DNA of 50,843 nt. It comes from Chiloscyllium plagiosum (Eukaryota). Below the pieces are notes generated by a model that worked only from the letters and a program-made list of their open reading frames with translations, was not told where the DNA came from and made no database searches. The DNA lies in assembly GCF_004010195.1 (NCBI RefSeq), contig NC_057718.1:90231274-90282116 (forward strand), read 5' to 3'. Made by a program: the position numbers and the translations under genes. Below, piece by piece: positions 11,203-23,089 of this stretch (position 1 is the stretch's first letter; every line of letters starts with the position of its first letter).

Positions 11203-12649
11203 GATTTTCCTGCTCCTCGGATGCTGCCTGACCAGCTGTGCTTTTCCAGCACCACTCTGATCTAAACTCTGGTTTCCAGCACCTGCAGTCCTCACTTTTT
11301 TGCCTACTTAATTTCCCATGTGCTGTCCTAGTGAGGTGTGACAGTATGAGAAATTTTCTTTACAGGGAGAAACTATGTGGTATTATTGTTACATTGAGGG
11401 GTTACGGAATAACATCATATCAGTGAGAAAGTATGGGATATAGTCATTACAATGAGGGAGTGTGGGATACTGTAAACAATTTTATCCTATGATCGCAAAT
11501 GTTCTTGCACTTAAATGGGAATTAAATGAGTAGAAGTTTTGACCGTGTTATTGGTCATCTGCAGCCGACATCTGAGTTTAACTCTTGTTTCAGAAGGGAA
11601 TGGCTTGTTATTTTAATGCTATCATTGAGGCTGTAAGATTTGGATTTCACCTCCAGTAGCTGCAGTGCTGACGGGTGGGTCAGCATTGGGTAGAAGGCAA
11701 TGTTAGTTGACCAGAGGGAAGTGTGTACTCCTTTCTCCCCTTTCAGACCTTGCAACCCTCTTCTCAATCCAAAACACCATTGAGGGTATGCCAATGTTCC
11801 ACTCTCTATATGGATCCCACCTCCCAAATCCAAGCCCTGTTCCCAGTGCATTGGCAAGCATAGCTACCCATAAGCAGGCCTTTTGACAGTGGTCATTAAA
11901 AATATTCTTAAAACCTACTTGAATATGGTAAAATCAGTTGTGTAAGGGAACTAGGAAATGATTGCTTAAATCTAATGTATGTTAAAATATAGTTCTCTGC
12001 TATATTGTTAATGTGGATAGATATTGTCTGTAAAATCTACTGAAGAAATCTCATCCGGAGAACATTCTGGACAAACCATGAAATCAACTTGAGATATTTT
12101 TGGACCAAGTGGAAATGTTCCACATGGAGCTTGAACTGATTTGGAAACATATTTATCCCTTATCCCAGCTGTCTGTTTTGTTCCGACATAAGCTGAAGCC
12201 TGTAACAAACCATAGCAGTATTCAGTATTCTTCTGATACTGAACGCCTGACTGTATATGGCCTATTTTATAGGAGGGTGAATTAAACTGCAAACCATATC
12301 TTCTTTCAACCTTATTCCTTTTTACATGCACCTCCCTATGTGAAACAATCGCTATTATTTCCCAAGTAAACTTTGTTGTAGCACTAGATCAAATGCCTCC
12401 TTGAAATCCAAGTACAGTACATTCGCCATTTCCTCTTTATCTACAGCTCACCTTACTTCTTCAGAGTATAGGAAGTTCCTGACTTCCAACTGTCCAACTT
12501 TTTAATGCATGTACTTCTGATGGGATCTCATGCAAGCATGTCTGCAAACTGTAGGGCCTCAGACTCAATCTGGACCAGCCTGACCTTGTGGATGTATTCC
12601 TCTATTGGCTGTAAGGATGATATTGGGAATGGTTTCGGCCGTAGAGGCA

Positions 12650-13393
12650 AAGAGTCATAGAGATGTGCAGCATGGAAACAGACCCTTCGGTCCAACCCGT
12701 CCATGCCGACCAGATATTCCAACCCAATCTAGTCCCACCTGCCAGCACCCGGCCCATATCCCTCTAAACCCTTCTTATTCATGTACCTATCCAGATGCCT
12801 TTTAAATATTATAATTGTACCAGCCTCCACCACTTACTCTGGCAGCTCATTCCACACATGTACCACCCTCTGCGTAAAAATGTTGTCCCTTAGGTCTCTT
12901 TTATATCTTTCCCCTCTCACCCTAAGCCTATGCCCTCTAGTTCTGGACTCCCAGAGCCTAGGGAAAAGACTTTGCCTATTTACCCTATCCATGCCTCTCA
13001 TAATTTTGTAAACCTCTATAAAGTCACCCCTCAGCATCCGACGCTCCAGGGAAAACAGCCCAGCCTGTTCAGCTTCTCCCTATAGCTCAAGTCCTCCAAC
13101 CCTGGTAACATCCTTGTAAATCTTTTCTGAACCCTTTCAAGTCTAGCAACATCTTTCCGATAGGAAGGAGACCAGAATTGCATGCAATATTCCAACAGTG
13201 GCCTAACCAATGTCCTGTACAGCTGCAACATGACCTTCCAACTCCTGTACTCAATACTCTGACCAATAAAGGAAAGCATACCAAACTCCTTCTTCACTAT
13301 CCTATCTACCTGTGAGTCTACTTTCAAGGAGCTATAAACCTGCACTCCAAGGTCTCATTGTTCAGCAACACTCCCTAGGACCTTACCATTAAA
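12650..13393 (-). mobile_element. CR1 LINE 3' fragment
   Basis: LYRTLVRPLLEYCMQFWSPSYRKDVARLERVQKRFTRMLPGL; ctctatgactct 3' end. Confidence 0.93.
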
Positions 13394-13479
13394 TCAACTG
13401 AGTTCCTTCTGGGCATAAAGCCATAATGAATGATCGTAAATTGGTCTTCTGACTGAGCAACCAGTCAAGGAAAGGCCAG

Positions 13480-13580
13480 GCAAGTGGACGTGAGAATGTT
13501 GGATCAGCCATGATGCTATTGAATGGGGGATCAGGCTCAAGGGGATGAACAGCCTATGCCTCTTCCTATTCCTTATGGTT
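13480..13580 (+). mobile_element. CR1 3' UTR fragment
   Basis: gatcagccatgat...ggctcaaggggatgaacagcctatgcctcttcctattccttatg. Confidence 0.65.
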
Positions 13581-13816
13581 TATTTCCAAGGCAGCCATTG
13601 TGATCAACTGGTCCTTCATGTGTCTAGTTTAACCCCACGCTCTCCATCATCCGCTATTCCCCCCTGTTAACCCTGGGGCCTCTCATTCTGCAACTGCTTC
13701 AAGATTGGGAGGTACTCTGGCTTTAACTCTTTGACATGAGTGTGGACACCATCTGAAGCAGGTTTCCCAGGAATATGGTAATGCCAGCAAATTCAAGAGG
13801 TTGGGTAGCGTCTTGG

Positions 13817-13973
13817 CAAATTGCCCGTAGTGTTCAGGGGTGTGCAGGTTAGGTGCATTAATCAGGAGTAAGTGTAGGGTAGGGGAATGGGTCTGGGTGG
13901 GTTAGTATTCAGAGAGTCGGTGTGGACTTGTTCGGCCAAATGGCCTGATTCCACACACTGTAGAGATTCTCTG
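13817..13973 (+). mobile_element. HE1 SINE 3' half
   Basis: aaattgcccgtagtgttcagggg...gtcggtgtggacttgttcggccaaatggcctg. Confidence 0.8.
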
Positions 13974-14454
13974 AAAGTAAGCCATTGAGAAACAGGAAGT
14001 TTTTTGTGAGTTGTGGGACTAATCAGATAGATTCTCAACAGTCGTTTTTAGTTCCCTATGTTCTTATATTCCCTAAAGCCTAATGCAGTTTGTCACTCTT
14101 CCAACTGTTTTCACCAATTGGTTCGGCTACTTTATATGATGTGAGAACTGTATGAAGTCACCAGATCCTATGTCAGAAGACTGCTGCTGCTCTGCGGCTG
14201 GAAAATTAATTCAAAGACAGAAACTCACAGTGCAACACACCACAAATATGGGATTAAATGGGAGCAAATATAAGACACAAATACCAGAATAGAAAAATTT
14301 GCATTGCTGATTCCACATTCTGTACTCACCCACTTAAGCAGTAGGTTTTCCAACCTCTGTGCCTCATGAGTAGAAAATGCCCTTCAAAATGAAAAGATTA
14401 AGTTGATGCAAGTAGCTTGTAAAAGTATGAACATTAGAGAAGTAAAGCATAATT

Positions 14455-15010
14455 CAGATTAGAGGCCTGTGACCAGCGACGTTCCTCAGGATCGGTACTA
14501 GGTCCACTTCCATATGACTTTTACATAAACGATTTGGATGAGATTTTAGGGGGCATGGTTAGTAAGTTTGTGGTTGACATCAGAATTGGTGGTATAGTGG
14601 AGGGTGAGGAAGTTTATTTAAGATTACAAAGAGATCTTGATCATTTTGGTCAGCGGGCTGAGGAGAGGCAGATGGAGCTCAATTTGGATAAATGTGAGGT
14701 ATTGCATTTTGGTAAAACAAACAAAGGCAGGACTTATACATTTAGTGGGTAGTGTTATCAAATAGATATCTTAGGGGTTCAGGTAGATAATTCTTTGAAG
14801 TTTGTGTCACATGTAGACAAGGTGGTTAAGACGATGTTTCGCATGCTTGCCTTCATTGCTCAGAACTGAGTAAATGAGTTGGGCATCATGTTGAGGTTGC
14901 GCAGGATGTTGTTGAGGCCTGAGGCCTGTTCTGGAGTACTGTATCCAGTTCTGGTCACCATAGGAAGGATATTATTAAATTGGAGGTGGTTCAGAAAAGA
15001 TTTACCAGCC
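14455..15010 (+). mobile_element. CR1 RT fragment
   Basis: LRLQRDLDHFGQRAEERQMELNLDKCEVLHFGK. Confidence 0.85.
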
Positions 15011-17002
15011 TAAGACCATAAGACATAGGAGTGGAAGTAAGGCCATTCGGCCCATTGAGTCAACTCTGCCATTCAATCATGGCTGCCATTCAATCATGGC
15101 TGATGGGCATTTCAATGCCACTTATCTGCACTCTCCCCGTATCCCTTAATTCCTCGTGAGATCAAGAATTTATCAATCTCTGCCTTGAAGATATTTAACG
15201 TTCCAGCCTCCACTGTGCTCCATGGTAATGAATTCCACACCCTTTCTGGCTGAAGAAATGTCTCCTTGTTTCCGTTCTAAATTGACCCTGTCTAATTCTA
15301 AGGCTGTGCCCACGAGTCCTAGTCTCCCTGCCTGAGGAAACAAATTCCCAGCGTCCTTTCTTAGCCATGCATTATCTTGTAAGTTTCTATTAGATCACCC
15401 CTCAACCTTCTAATCAATCCCAGGATCCTCAGCCTTTCATCGTATGTTAGGCCTACCATTCCAGGGATCATCCGTGCGAATCTCCACTGGACATGCTCCA
15501 GTGCCAGTATGTCCTTCCTGAGGGGTGGAGCCCAAAATTGGACACAGTATTTTAAATGAGGCCTAACTAGAGCTTTATAAAGTCTCAGTAACACATCGCT
15601 GCTTTTATATTCCAACTCTCTTGAGATAAATGATGACATTACATTTGCTTTTTAACCACGGTCTCTACATGCAAGTCAATCTTTAGAGAATCCTGGACTA
15701 GCACTCCTAATCCCTTTGTACTTTAGCTTTATGAATTTTCTCACCGTTAAGAAAATAGTCCATGCCTGTATTCTTCTTTCTGAAGTGCATTACCTTGCAT
15801 TTGCTCACGTTGAATTTCATCAGCCATTTCTTGGACCACTCTCCTAAAACTTTTCTGCAGCCTCTCACTCCTCAGAACTACCTGCCTGTCCACCTAACTT
15901 CGTATCATCGGCAAACTTCACCAGAATGCCCCCAGTCCCTTCATCCAGATCATTGATATATAAAGTGAACAGCTGCACCCCCAACACTGAACCCTGTGGG
16001 TCACCACTTGCCACTAGCTGCCATTCCAAAAAAGAACATTTTATCCCAACTCTCTGCCTTCTGTCAGACAGCCAATCCTCAATCCATGCCAGTAGCTCAC
16101 CTCGAACACCATGGGCTTTCACCTTACTCAGCAGCCTCCCATGAGGCAGCTTATCAAATGCCATTTGGAAGTCTAGGTAGATAACATCCACTGGGTTTCC
16201 CTGGTCTAACCTACTTGTTACCTCTTCAAAGAATTCTAACAGGTTTGTCAGGCACGATGTCCTCTTACTAAACCCATTCTGATTTGTTCTAATCCGACCC
16301 TGCACTTCCAAGAATTTAGTGTCTAAAATGTTCCATCTTTTGTCTTGATCCTTTCTTGAACAAAGGGGGCACAACAGCGATTTTCCAAACATCTGGGACT
16401 TTCCCTGACTCCAGTGATTTTTGAAAGATTACAACCAACGCCTCTGGTATTTCTTCAGCCACCTCCCTCAGAACTCTAGGATGTAGCCCATCCGGGCTAG
16501 GAGATTTATCAATTTTGGACCTTTTAGCTTTTCGAGCACTTTCTTTTTTGTAATGGCTACCATACTCAACTCTGCCCCCTAACTGTCCTTAATTGTTGGG
16601 ATATTACTCAAACCTTCCACTGTGAAGACTGACGCAAAGTACTTATTAAGTTCTTCAGCTATTTCCTTATCTCCTAGCACTAGCTTCCTGCTTCAATTTG
16701 GGGTGGCCCAATTTCTACTTTTGCCTCTCGTTTGTTTCTTATATATTGAAAGAAACTTTTACTATCATTTCTGATATTGCTGGCTCGCTTACTTTCATAT
16801 TTGATCCTCTCCTCCCTTATTTCTCTCTTTGTTATCCTCTGCTTGTTTCTGTAGTCTTCCCAATCTTCTGATTTCCCAGTGCTCTTAGCCACTTTATAGG
16901 CTCTCCCTTTTTATTTGATACATTTCCTGATTTCCTTTGTCAGCCATGGCTGTCTAATCCCCCCCCGGATAATCTTTCTTTTCTTTGGGATGAACCTCTG
17001 TA
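15011..17002 (-). mobile_element. CR1 LINE ORF2 (RT) and 3' end, disrupted
   Basis: [47 protein letters not shown]; tcttatggtctta 3' end. Confidence 0.95.
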
Positions 17003-17445
17003 CAGACCTCCCAGTAGTGGTCAGGACCAGGGGTGCAAAATGTACCAGGAAATAGATAGGGCATGTCAGAAAAGTAAGGTGATCATGGGGAACTTCAATA
17101 TGCAAATGGACCGGGTGAATAATGTTGTGGGTTGATCCAAAGAAAGGGAATTCATGGAATGCTTACAGGATGGGTTTTTGTTTGGAACAGCTTGTGATGG
17201 AGCCCACAAATGAGGAGGCTATTCTGGACTTAGTGCCTTGTAATGAGCCAGACTTTATAAAAGATCTTAAAGTAAGGGAACACTTAGGAGGCAGCGATCA
17301 TAATATGGTAGAGTTCAGGCTGCAGTTTGAAAGAGAGAAGGCAAAATCGGATGTAATGGTGTGACAGTTAAATAAAGGTAATTACAGGGGGATAAGAGAG
17401 GAACTGACGAAAATCGACTGGAAGCAGAGCCCAGTGGGGAAGACA
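17003..17445 (+). mobile_element. Inverted 5' segment (APE endonuclease) of the same CR1
   Basis: YRPP..., VIMGNFN, EPTNEEAILDLV, EHLGGSDHNMVEF; ends at VGKT, just upstream of where the minus part starts (VQRFIPKK). Confidence 0.85.
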
Positions 17446-17646
17446 TAATTACATCTCCATATCAGACACATTCATTAATTTTCAGAAATCTAATACATTC
17501 TCCAAAGGACCATTGTAAAGTGAACTTGTTATTATAGATGGAGATGTGAAGCAGGAAGCTAATGGATATCATGTTTTAATGTGACATGCAGACTGTCATG
17601 ATTGCTAAGAGTACAGAAACTACACAGGCTAAATGCTCTACAGAGT

Positions 17647-18303
17647 TCATAGAATCATAGAATCCCCACAGTCTGGAAACAGGCCCTTCAGCCCAACAAG
17701 TCGACACCGATCCTCCGAAGAGTATCCCACCTAGACCCATCCCCTACGTTATTACTCTACATTTCCCCTGACTAATTCACCTTACCTGCACACCCCTGAA
17801 ACCTACGGGCAATTTAGCATGACCAATTCACCTAAACTGCACATCTTTGGATTGTGGGAGGAAACTGGAACACACGGAGGAAACCCACACAGCACGGGGC
17901 GAGTATACAAACTCCACACAGACAGATGGGCGGCACGGTGGCACAGTGGTTAGCATTGCTGCTTCACAGTGCCAGAGACCTGGGTTCAATTCCTCAGGCA
18001 ACTGTCTGTGAGGAGTTTGCACGTTCTCCCCGTGTCTGCATGGGTTTCCTTTGGGTGCTCTGGTTTCCTCCCACAGTCCAAAAAATGTGCAGGTCAGGTG
18101 GAATGGCCATGCTAAATTGCCCATAGTATTAGGTGAGGGGGTAAATGTAGAGGAATGGGTCTGGGTGGGCTGCTCTTCGGAGGGTCGGTGTGGACTTGTT
18201 GGGCTGAAGGGCCTGTTTCCACACTGTAAGTAATCTAATCTATGGGTGGAGTCAAACCCAGGTCCCTAGCGCTGTGAGACAGCAGTGTGAGCCACTGAGC
18301 CAC
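17647..18303 (-). mobile_element. HE1 SINE (minus) interrupted by a second HE1 SINE
   Basis: Tail and V-domain at 17647-17925; head resumes at 18242-18303. Confidence 0.85.
17928..18241 (+). mobile_element. Nested full-length HE1 SINE
   Basis: gggcggcacggtggcacagtggttagc head to (taatc)n tail. Confidence 0.9.
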
Positions 18304-18659
18304 TCAAATTTAGACTTGCAGGAACAGGTGAGGAGGGGCTTGTTTAAAAACTGTGCAATGGTCAATGCCTTCCAAAGCACAAATCTTTCCACATTGATGC
18401 CCCCCCTACCCCTTCCCCTCACAATCAACTCAACATCCACATTTACCTGGAATGCACTTGTCTATGGGTCAGAAAGCTCCTCAGGGAAGGTGGGCCTAAC
18501 AATTTCGAAATGTTGGTTGCTTAATCACCGCTATATTAACATGTTTGTAAGAAATGCAACTACGGCTCCACAGGTTTCAAAGAAAGAGGAACAGGTGTCG
18601 ACTGCATGAGTGGTGGGCCCTGCTCCTCTATTCAACATGAGCATCACCTTCCATCACAT

Positions 18660-19490
18660 AGTCAGCATCTCACAGCCCTTCTGGGCCACAGGACACAGAG
18701 GATCAGTAAAGATATGCAGCTCCTAGGAGGCCATATGCACATATGCTGATGATAAACTTTGTCGTTCATGTCTGAACAGAGGTATCTCAGGGTCTTCCAT
18801 CATCCAGCGAGCAGGCGTCTGGAGTCTTCCAGAACAAGACCCACTGCCCAGCGAAGCTAGTTGGCATATCTTTTTGCGCCAAAGCCAGCATTGACCTCAC
18901 CTTTGTTGCCTCAAGCTCCTAGCAGGGCTTTGCTGAGGCTGTTTGTCAAACTACTTGCTTGCTAGCCCCCACCTCTTATAAAAGAGTGGGCACAAAGCTT
19001 CTGTGCCAGGGCGGGCAATTATGTCAACATTACCACCAGTCAGAGTGGGCATTCTTTTGCCTTTGCAGATCTGGTTGGCTTTCCACAGGTACAGGCCACT
19101 GTCAACAGCGTGCATGTGGCCGTTGAAAGGCAGCCCTGCCATCCAGGATTGCCCCTTGATGCGCTAAGGCTCTGTATCCATTCATATCCATAACACCACA
19201 AGAAGACTTTCGTGCAGATGTTGCATGATCCTTGGGCAGCTCCGTTGCTTTGCTCCTGTGGTATTCCAACATCTTACATCATCTCTTGACAGCTCAAGAA
19301 GACTGGCTGCTTGGAGGCATGGGACACCACCAAAGACTTGGTTGATGATCCCAGAGAGCAACCAATTTTAATGAGGACCGTAAGCAATGCAATGAAAGCT
19401 CGATGCACCAATGGGCTAGCCATTGGCAGGCAGAGGGAATGCTGGAGCATGAGGGGAGATGAACTGGCTCTTCTTTGTTCACTCACTCCT
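18660..19490 (+). pseudogene. Decayed PIF/Harbinger (HARBI1-like) DDE transposase
   Basis: Across frames: GFPQVQATVNSVHVAV (from 19077, cf. GFPxVxGAIDCTHV), HHKKTFVQM, WLLGGMGH, KTWLMIP in the expected order; many stops and frameshifts. Confidence 0.65.
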
Positions 19491-19953
19491 TCAGTTGGTT
19501 GCCCTTGATTCCCCAATTGGTCAAGAATCTACCTCAGCCATACATGTACACAAGAGCTCTCTTCCCACAGCTCTATGTGGTAAGGAATTCCAAACACTCA
19601 CAACCTTCTGAAGAACCCTCCTTATCCCAGTATTAAATTGGTGCTGCTTTACTCTGAAACTATGTCCTCTGAACTAGACTCTCCCATGAGAGAGGCAACA
19701 TCCTCTTAGCATTTATTCTACCAAGTGTCTTAAGGATCCTGCATGTTACAATGAGATCACCTCTCAATCTTCTAAACTCCAGTGAGTAGAGTCCCAACCT
19801 GTTTAGCCTTTGCTCATTATACAATCCCTTCATACCAGGGATCACCCGAGAGATTTTTTTCTAACTATTGCCAATCATCATTAAATAAGAGTCAAAAACT
19901 GTTCACAGTACTCCAGATGTGGTCTCACCAGTACCTTGTACAGTTACAGTAAG

Positions 19954-20790
19954 TGTCTCAATGCTACTCCTTTTATAAGGTTATGTTGTCCTTGGTCTTT
20001 TTCAAATGGGGTCGTAAAAGGCAGAGGTGCTGACATGGCTACCAGAGATCGTCTAAGTTAACAATCAGGGGAAGCCTTCAGACATCTTTTAAAACAGTTG
20101 TACAATGAAAGGGGAGTGGCCAGTTCTCCCAGCTCAGGGTTTTTTCTAGTTTGGTTTAATTTTAGCAGTTAGGAGCTGCTGGGGACAGAGAAGCAACTAC
20201 ACCAAAAAGCAGTTCCATGCTTCAGCAATGATCCCTTCACTGATCCTTTCTCTCTAACTTCTCTCCTATAAGAACATGGGTTTGAATTTACCTTTTTTGC
20301 CAAGGGGTGTGTTTATGGGGATGTTGCAAGAAATCGGAACAGCATCATTAAGTTGTGACAGAGTCGGGTGGGTGTTCAGATTGGCTGCGTTATTTTATAT
20401 TCTGTTCTCTTTTGTTCGTGCTTCATTCAGTAGTCTGCAAATAAATCCTGATTAGAGTGGTGCTGGAAAGGCACAGCCGGTCAGGCAGCATCCAAGGAGC
20501 AGGAAAATCGCCGTTTCAGGCAAAAGCTCTTCATCCGGAATGAAGGCAGGGAGCCTCCAGGGTGGAGAGATAAATGGGAGGGTGGGAATGGGGCTGGGGC
20601 GAAAGTAGCAAAGAGTACAATAGGTGGATGGGGGTGGGGATGGAGGTGATCGGTCAGAAGGTTGGAACTGGGGAAGGTTGCAAATAAATCCTGTTTTGTT
20701 TAAAACTGAGTGGTTTGATCTGCCTCAAACACCTAAAAAAGTTAGGTTCTGGGCCACCTTCTTAAAGGGGTTCTGGCCTGGTCCATAACA
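19954..20790 (+). mobile_element. Solo LTR (TG...CA)
   Basis: tgtctcaatgctactcc ... ggcctggtccataaca; homologous to the reverse complement of 34060-34696; AATAAA at 20439. Confidence 0.8.
20451..20678 (-). mobile_element. Penelope-like 3' UTR fragment with decayed hammerhead
   Basis: 15-bp TSD tgcaaataaatcctg at 20436-20450 and 20679-20693; homologous to the 11083-11170 arm plus ~130 bp of further upstream sequence. Confidence 0.85.
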
Positions 20791-21182
20791 TTCGCCTTCT
20801 ACTTTTGAACTCCAACTCTCTTAAAATAAGGGCCAACATTCCATTAGCCTTCCTGATTACCCATTGCATCTGTGTGCTGGCCTTTCGTGTTTCATGCACA
20901 AATACCCCAAGTCCCTTTGTGTTGCAGCTTTCTGCATTTTCTCTCCATTTAAATAATACCGTGTAATTGTTCTCCCTTCCAAAATGAACAATTTCATATT
21001 TTCTCACATTATGGGACAGAAATTAAACTGGTACAAAGCGCAGAGTTCTCTGAAATTGGGACAATAGTGGAGATGCTCCCATTGTCAATGTCTGTCACTG
21101 ACACAAATATTCCGTTCACAACATTGCGTCTTTCATCTTGTTAAGGAGCTATGATTCTCCAAATCTGCACCCCTCTTTAAAG

Positions 21183-21386
21183 ATGGAAATGTGTTGCTGG
21201 AAAAGCGCAGCAGGTCAGGCAGCATCTAGGGAACAGGAGAATCGACGTTTCGGGCATTAGCCCTTCTTCAGGAAGGGCTAATGCCCGAAACGTCGATTCT
21301 CCTGTTCCCTAGATGCTGCCTGACCTGCTGCGCTTTTCCAGCAACACATTTCCATCTCTGGTCTCCAGCATCTGCAGACCTCACTT
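21183..21386 (+). mobile_element. Young palindromic Penelope-derived mini-insertion
   Basis: Perfect 86-bp inverted repeat 21181-21266 / 21272-21357; 14-bp TSD acccctctttaaag at 21169-21182 and 21387-21400. Confidence 0.95.
21244..21271 (-). ncRNA. Minimal hammerhead ribozyme core (canonical)
   Basis: Minus strand CTGAAGA-a-GGGC-taat-GCCC-GAAACGTC; palindromic ACGU stem III. Confidence 0.75.
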
Positions 21387-23089
21387 ACCCCTCTTTAAAG
21401 TACAAATAAGTTAAAAGAATAGATCTGGTGTCCACTATTTTGAGTGTTCACCTTCCCTTCCCCAGAGGTTTGCCCAAGTCTGCTTAGTGATCCTATTGGA
21501 CAGCAGTAGTGAGAACATCTTTCACTTAGATCATTGTCTGAGTTACATATGGCTGAAAACAGAGGCACATTTCTAAAACTCTTCATCTTGCAATCATCAG
21601 GATGAATACAAGAATGCCAAATGTTAAACAAGCACAACAATTGACACTACAGAAGAAACTGGCTTTAATTAGCCAAGGCATTGCTGTGGAGGAAGCAATG
21701 GGGAATTATACGCACCCTAGAAGCCTGATTCTTTGAGAATACAGGCAAGAGGCAAATGTGACAAAATAAAAAAAAAAGAATTAAATGCTATATGAAACAT
21801 AACTAAAGAAAGCTACCCCTTGTAAATATACTTAGTAAATTATTATTATTGAAATATATTGCATGTATCCTTCTTCACATTCACAATGACTTGTTTCTAA
21901 TTACTAATGAACATAACTTTCAGGCAGTTTCTATAAGGGAAACATTGTTTTTCAATGCAAGTACCACATATAATTTTTACTAACAAATAGATGTGTGATG
22001 TGATATGTTAAGCCATAGGACCAGTGTTAATGAACTGTGGAAATGTTCTTCTCAGTTGAATAGTGCCTTTGAATGTGACTCAATAACAGGGGACATTGAA
22101 GGGAAGTAATTGATTTAAGTAACAGATGGAATATAAAAATGAAATATGACTTTGTTGCTATTGAAATTCTTCACCAGCTGGTGAAAGGTCTGCCTCATGG
22201 ATTCCACCAGCTACTATAGATGTCAATACCGAAGGCAATATTTACAGCCACAAAAATTCCCTCCAAAAATGAGGACAAACTTATATAATGAGTGTAAATA
22301 GGAGCTGTCTGAGTGGGTGCGAGTGCTTGCCATCTTTGTTGGTCACTACATGGCATCTCCTATGAGTGGGCATGCCTTAACTATTACCTGATTAACCATT
22401 TGTGGACAGTTATAAGATACTGGTAAGCAAAGCATGCTTTTGTGGTGTGAAGAATTGAGGCAAGCTACTAATGCGAGTATAGCATGTTGTGGCGGAAAGG
22501 TGGGGTATTGACTTATATACCAGGTATATGCACTAACAAGACTTTTGTGATGTGGGTGTACATTTACGCCCAATCTACATTAATCCAGTTCAAAGCCCCA
22601 CAAACCAGGGATGATCCACATTTAATCCTATTCTTTTCCTCAGTCAACTCATCAAGGATAGAATATCAAATGAGGCACTCTCCATCGTAAGAACTGCAAA
22701 ATCTACCAGGGTTCCCATTCCAGAGCAGTGATTCTCAGAACTACTGGGAGACTGTACACCCACAAGTGCATGAATATTAGCTGAGCACTTGAATGAATCT
22801 TGCTAAAATATATGGATGTTCCCACATAAGTACCAATGACGTGTATGATGCTTCAACCCAGGGACATTGGCAAATAGTAGTTCTGCAAATATGGTACTAA
22901 CACAGATCCAGAAATTTCGACTAAGGTGTTATTATGACATTAGAAAAGCCAATATCTTTTCTCTTCATGCTTCCTAGGTATATCCCAATGGAATACCACT
23001 CTACTGTTTCCAGCACATGTCAAATTGGGGATATTAGCGAGAGGTGTCCTTCTAATACACTTTGCCAATGTTGCAGAGTAACTAATCCT

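Larger units (their letters stand above)
11077..11306 (+). mobile_element. Palindromic Penelope-derived mini-insertion
   Basis: Inverted arms centred near 11172; 15-bp TSD cttaatttcccatgt at 11062-11076 and 11307-11321. Confidence 0.9.
10151..11343. mobile_element. Putative solo LTR-like insertion splitting the degenerate end of the minisatellite
   Basis: Starts tgttgca, ends gtgtgaca (TG...CA); minisatellite-like units on both sides; no clear TSD. Confidence 0.45.
19510..21012 (-). mobile_element. CR1 3' fragment interrupted by a solo LTR
   Basis: MIPGMKGLYNEQRLNRLGLYSLEFRRLRGDLI on the left, KYEIVHFGREN...RKANGMLA on the right. Confidence 0.85.

Noticed and set aside
17928..18000. tRNA genes
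   Set aside because: A/B-box sequences are SINE heads followed by the V-domain and a LINE-like tail
9663..21386. Palindromic elements as MITEs or DNA transposons
   Set aside because: Asymmetric 3' tail, long unrelated TSD sequences, non-palindromic copies of the same sequence (48873) and hammerhead cores point to Penelope-type retrotransposition
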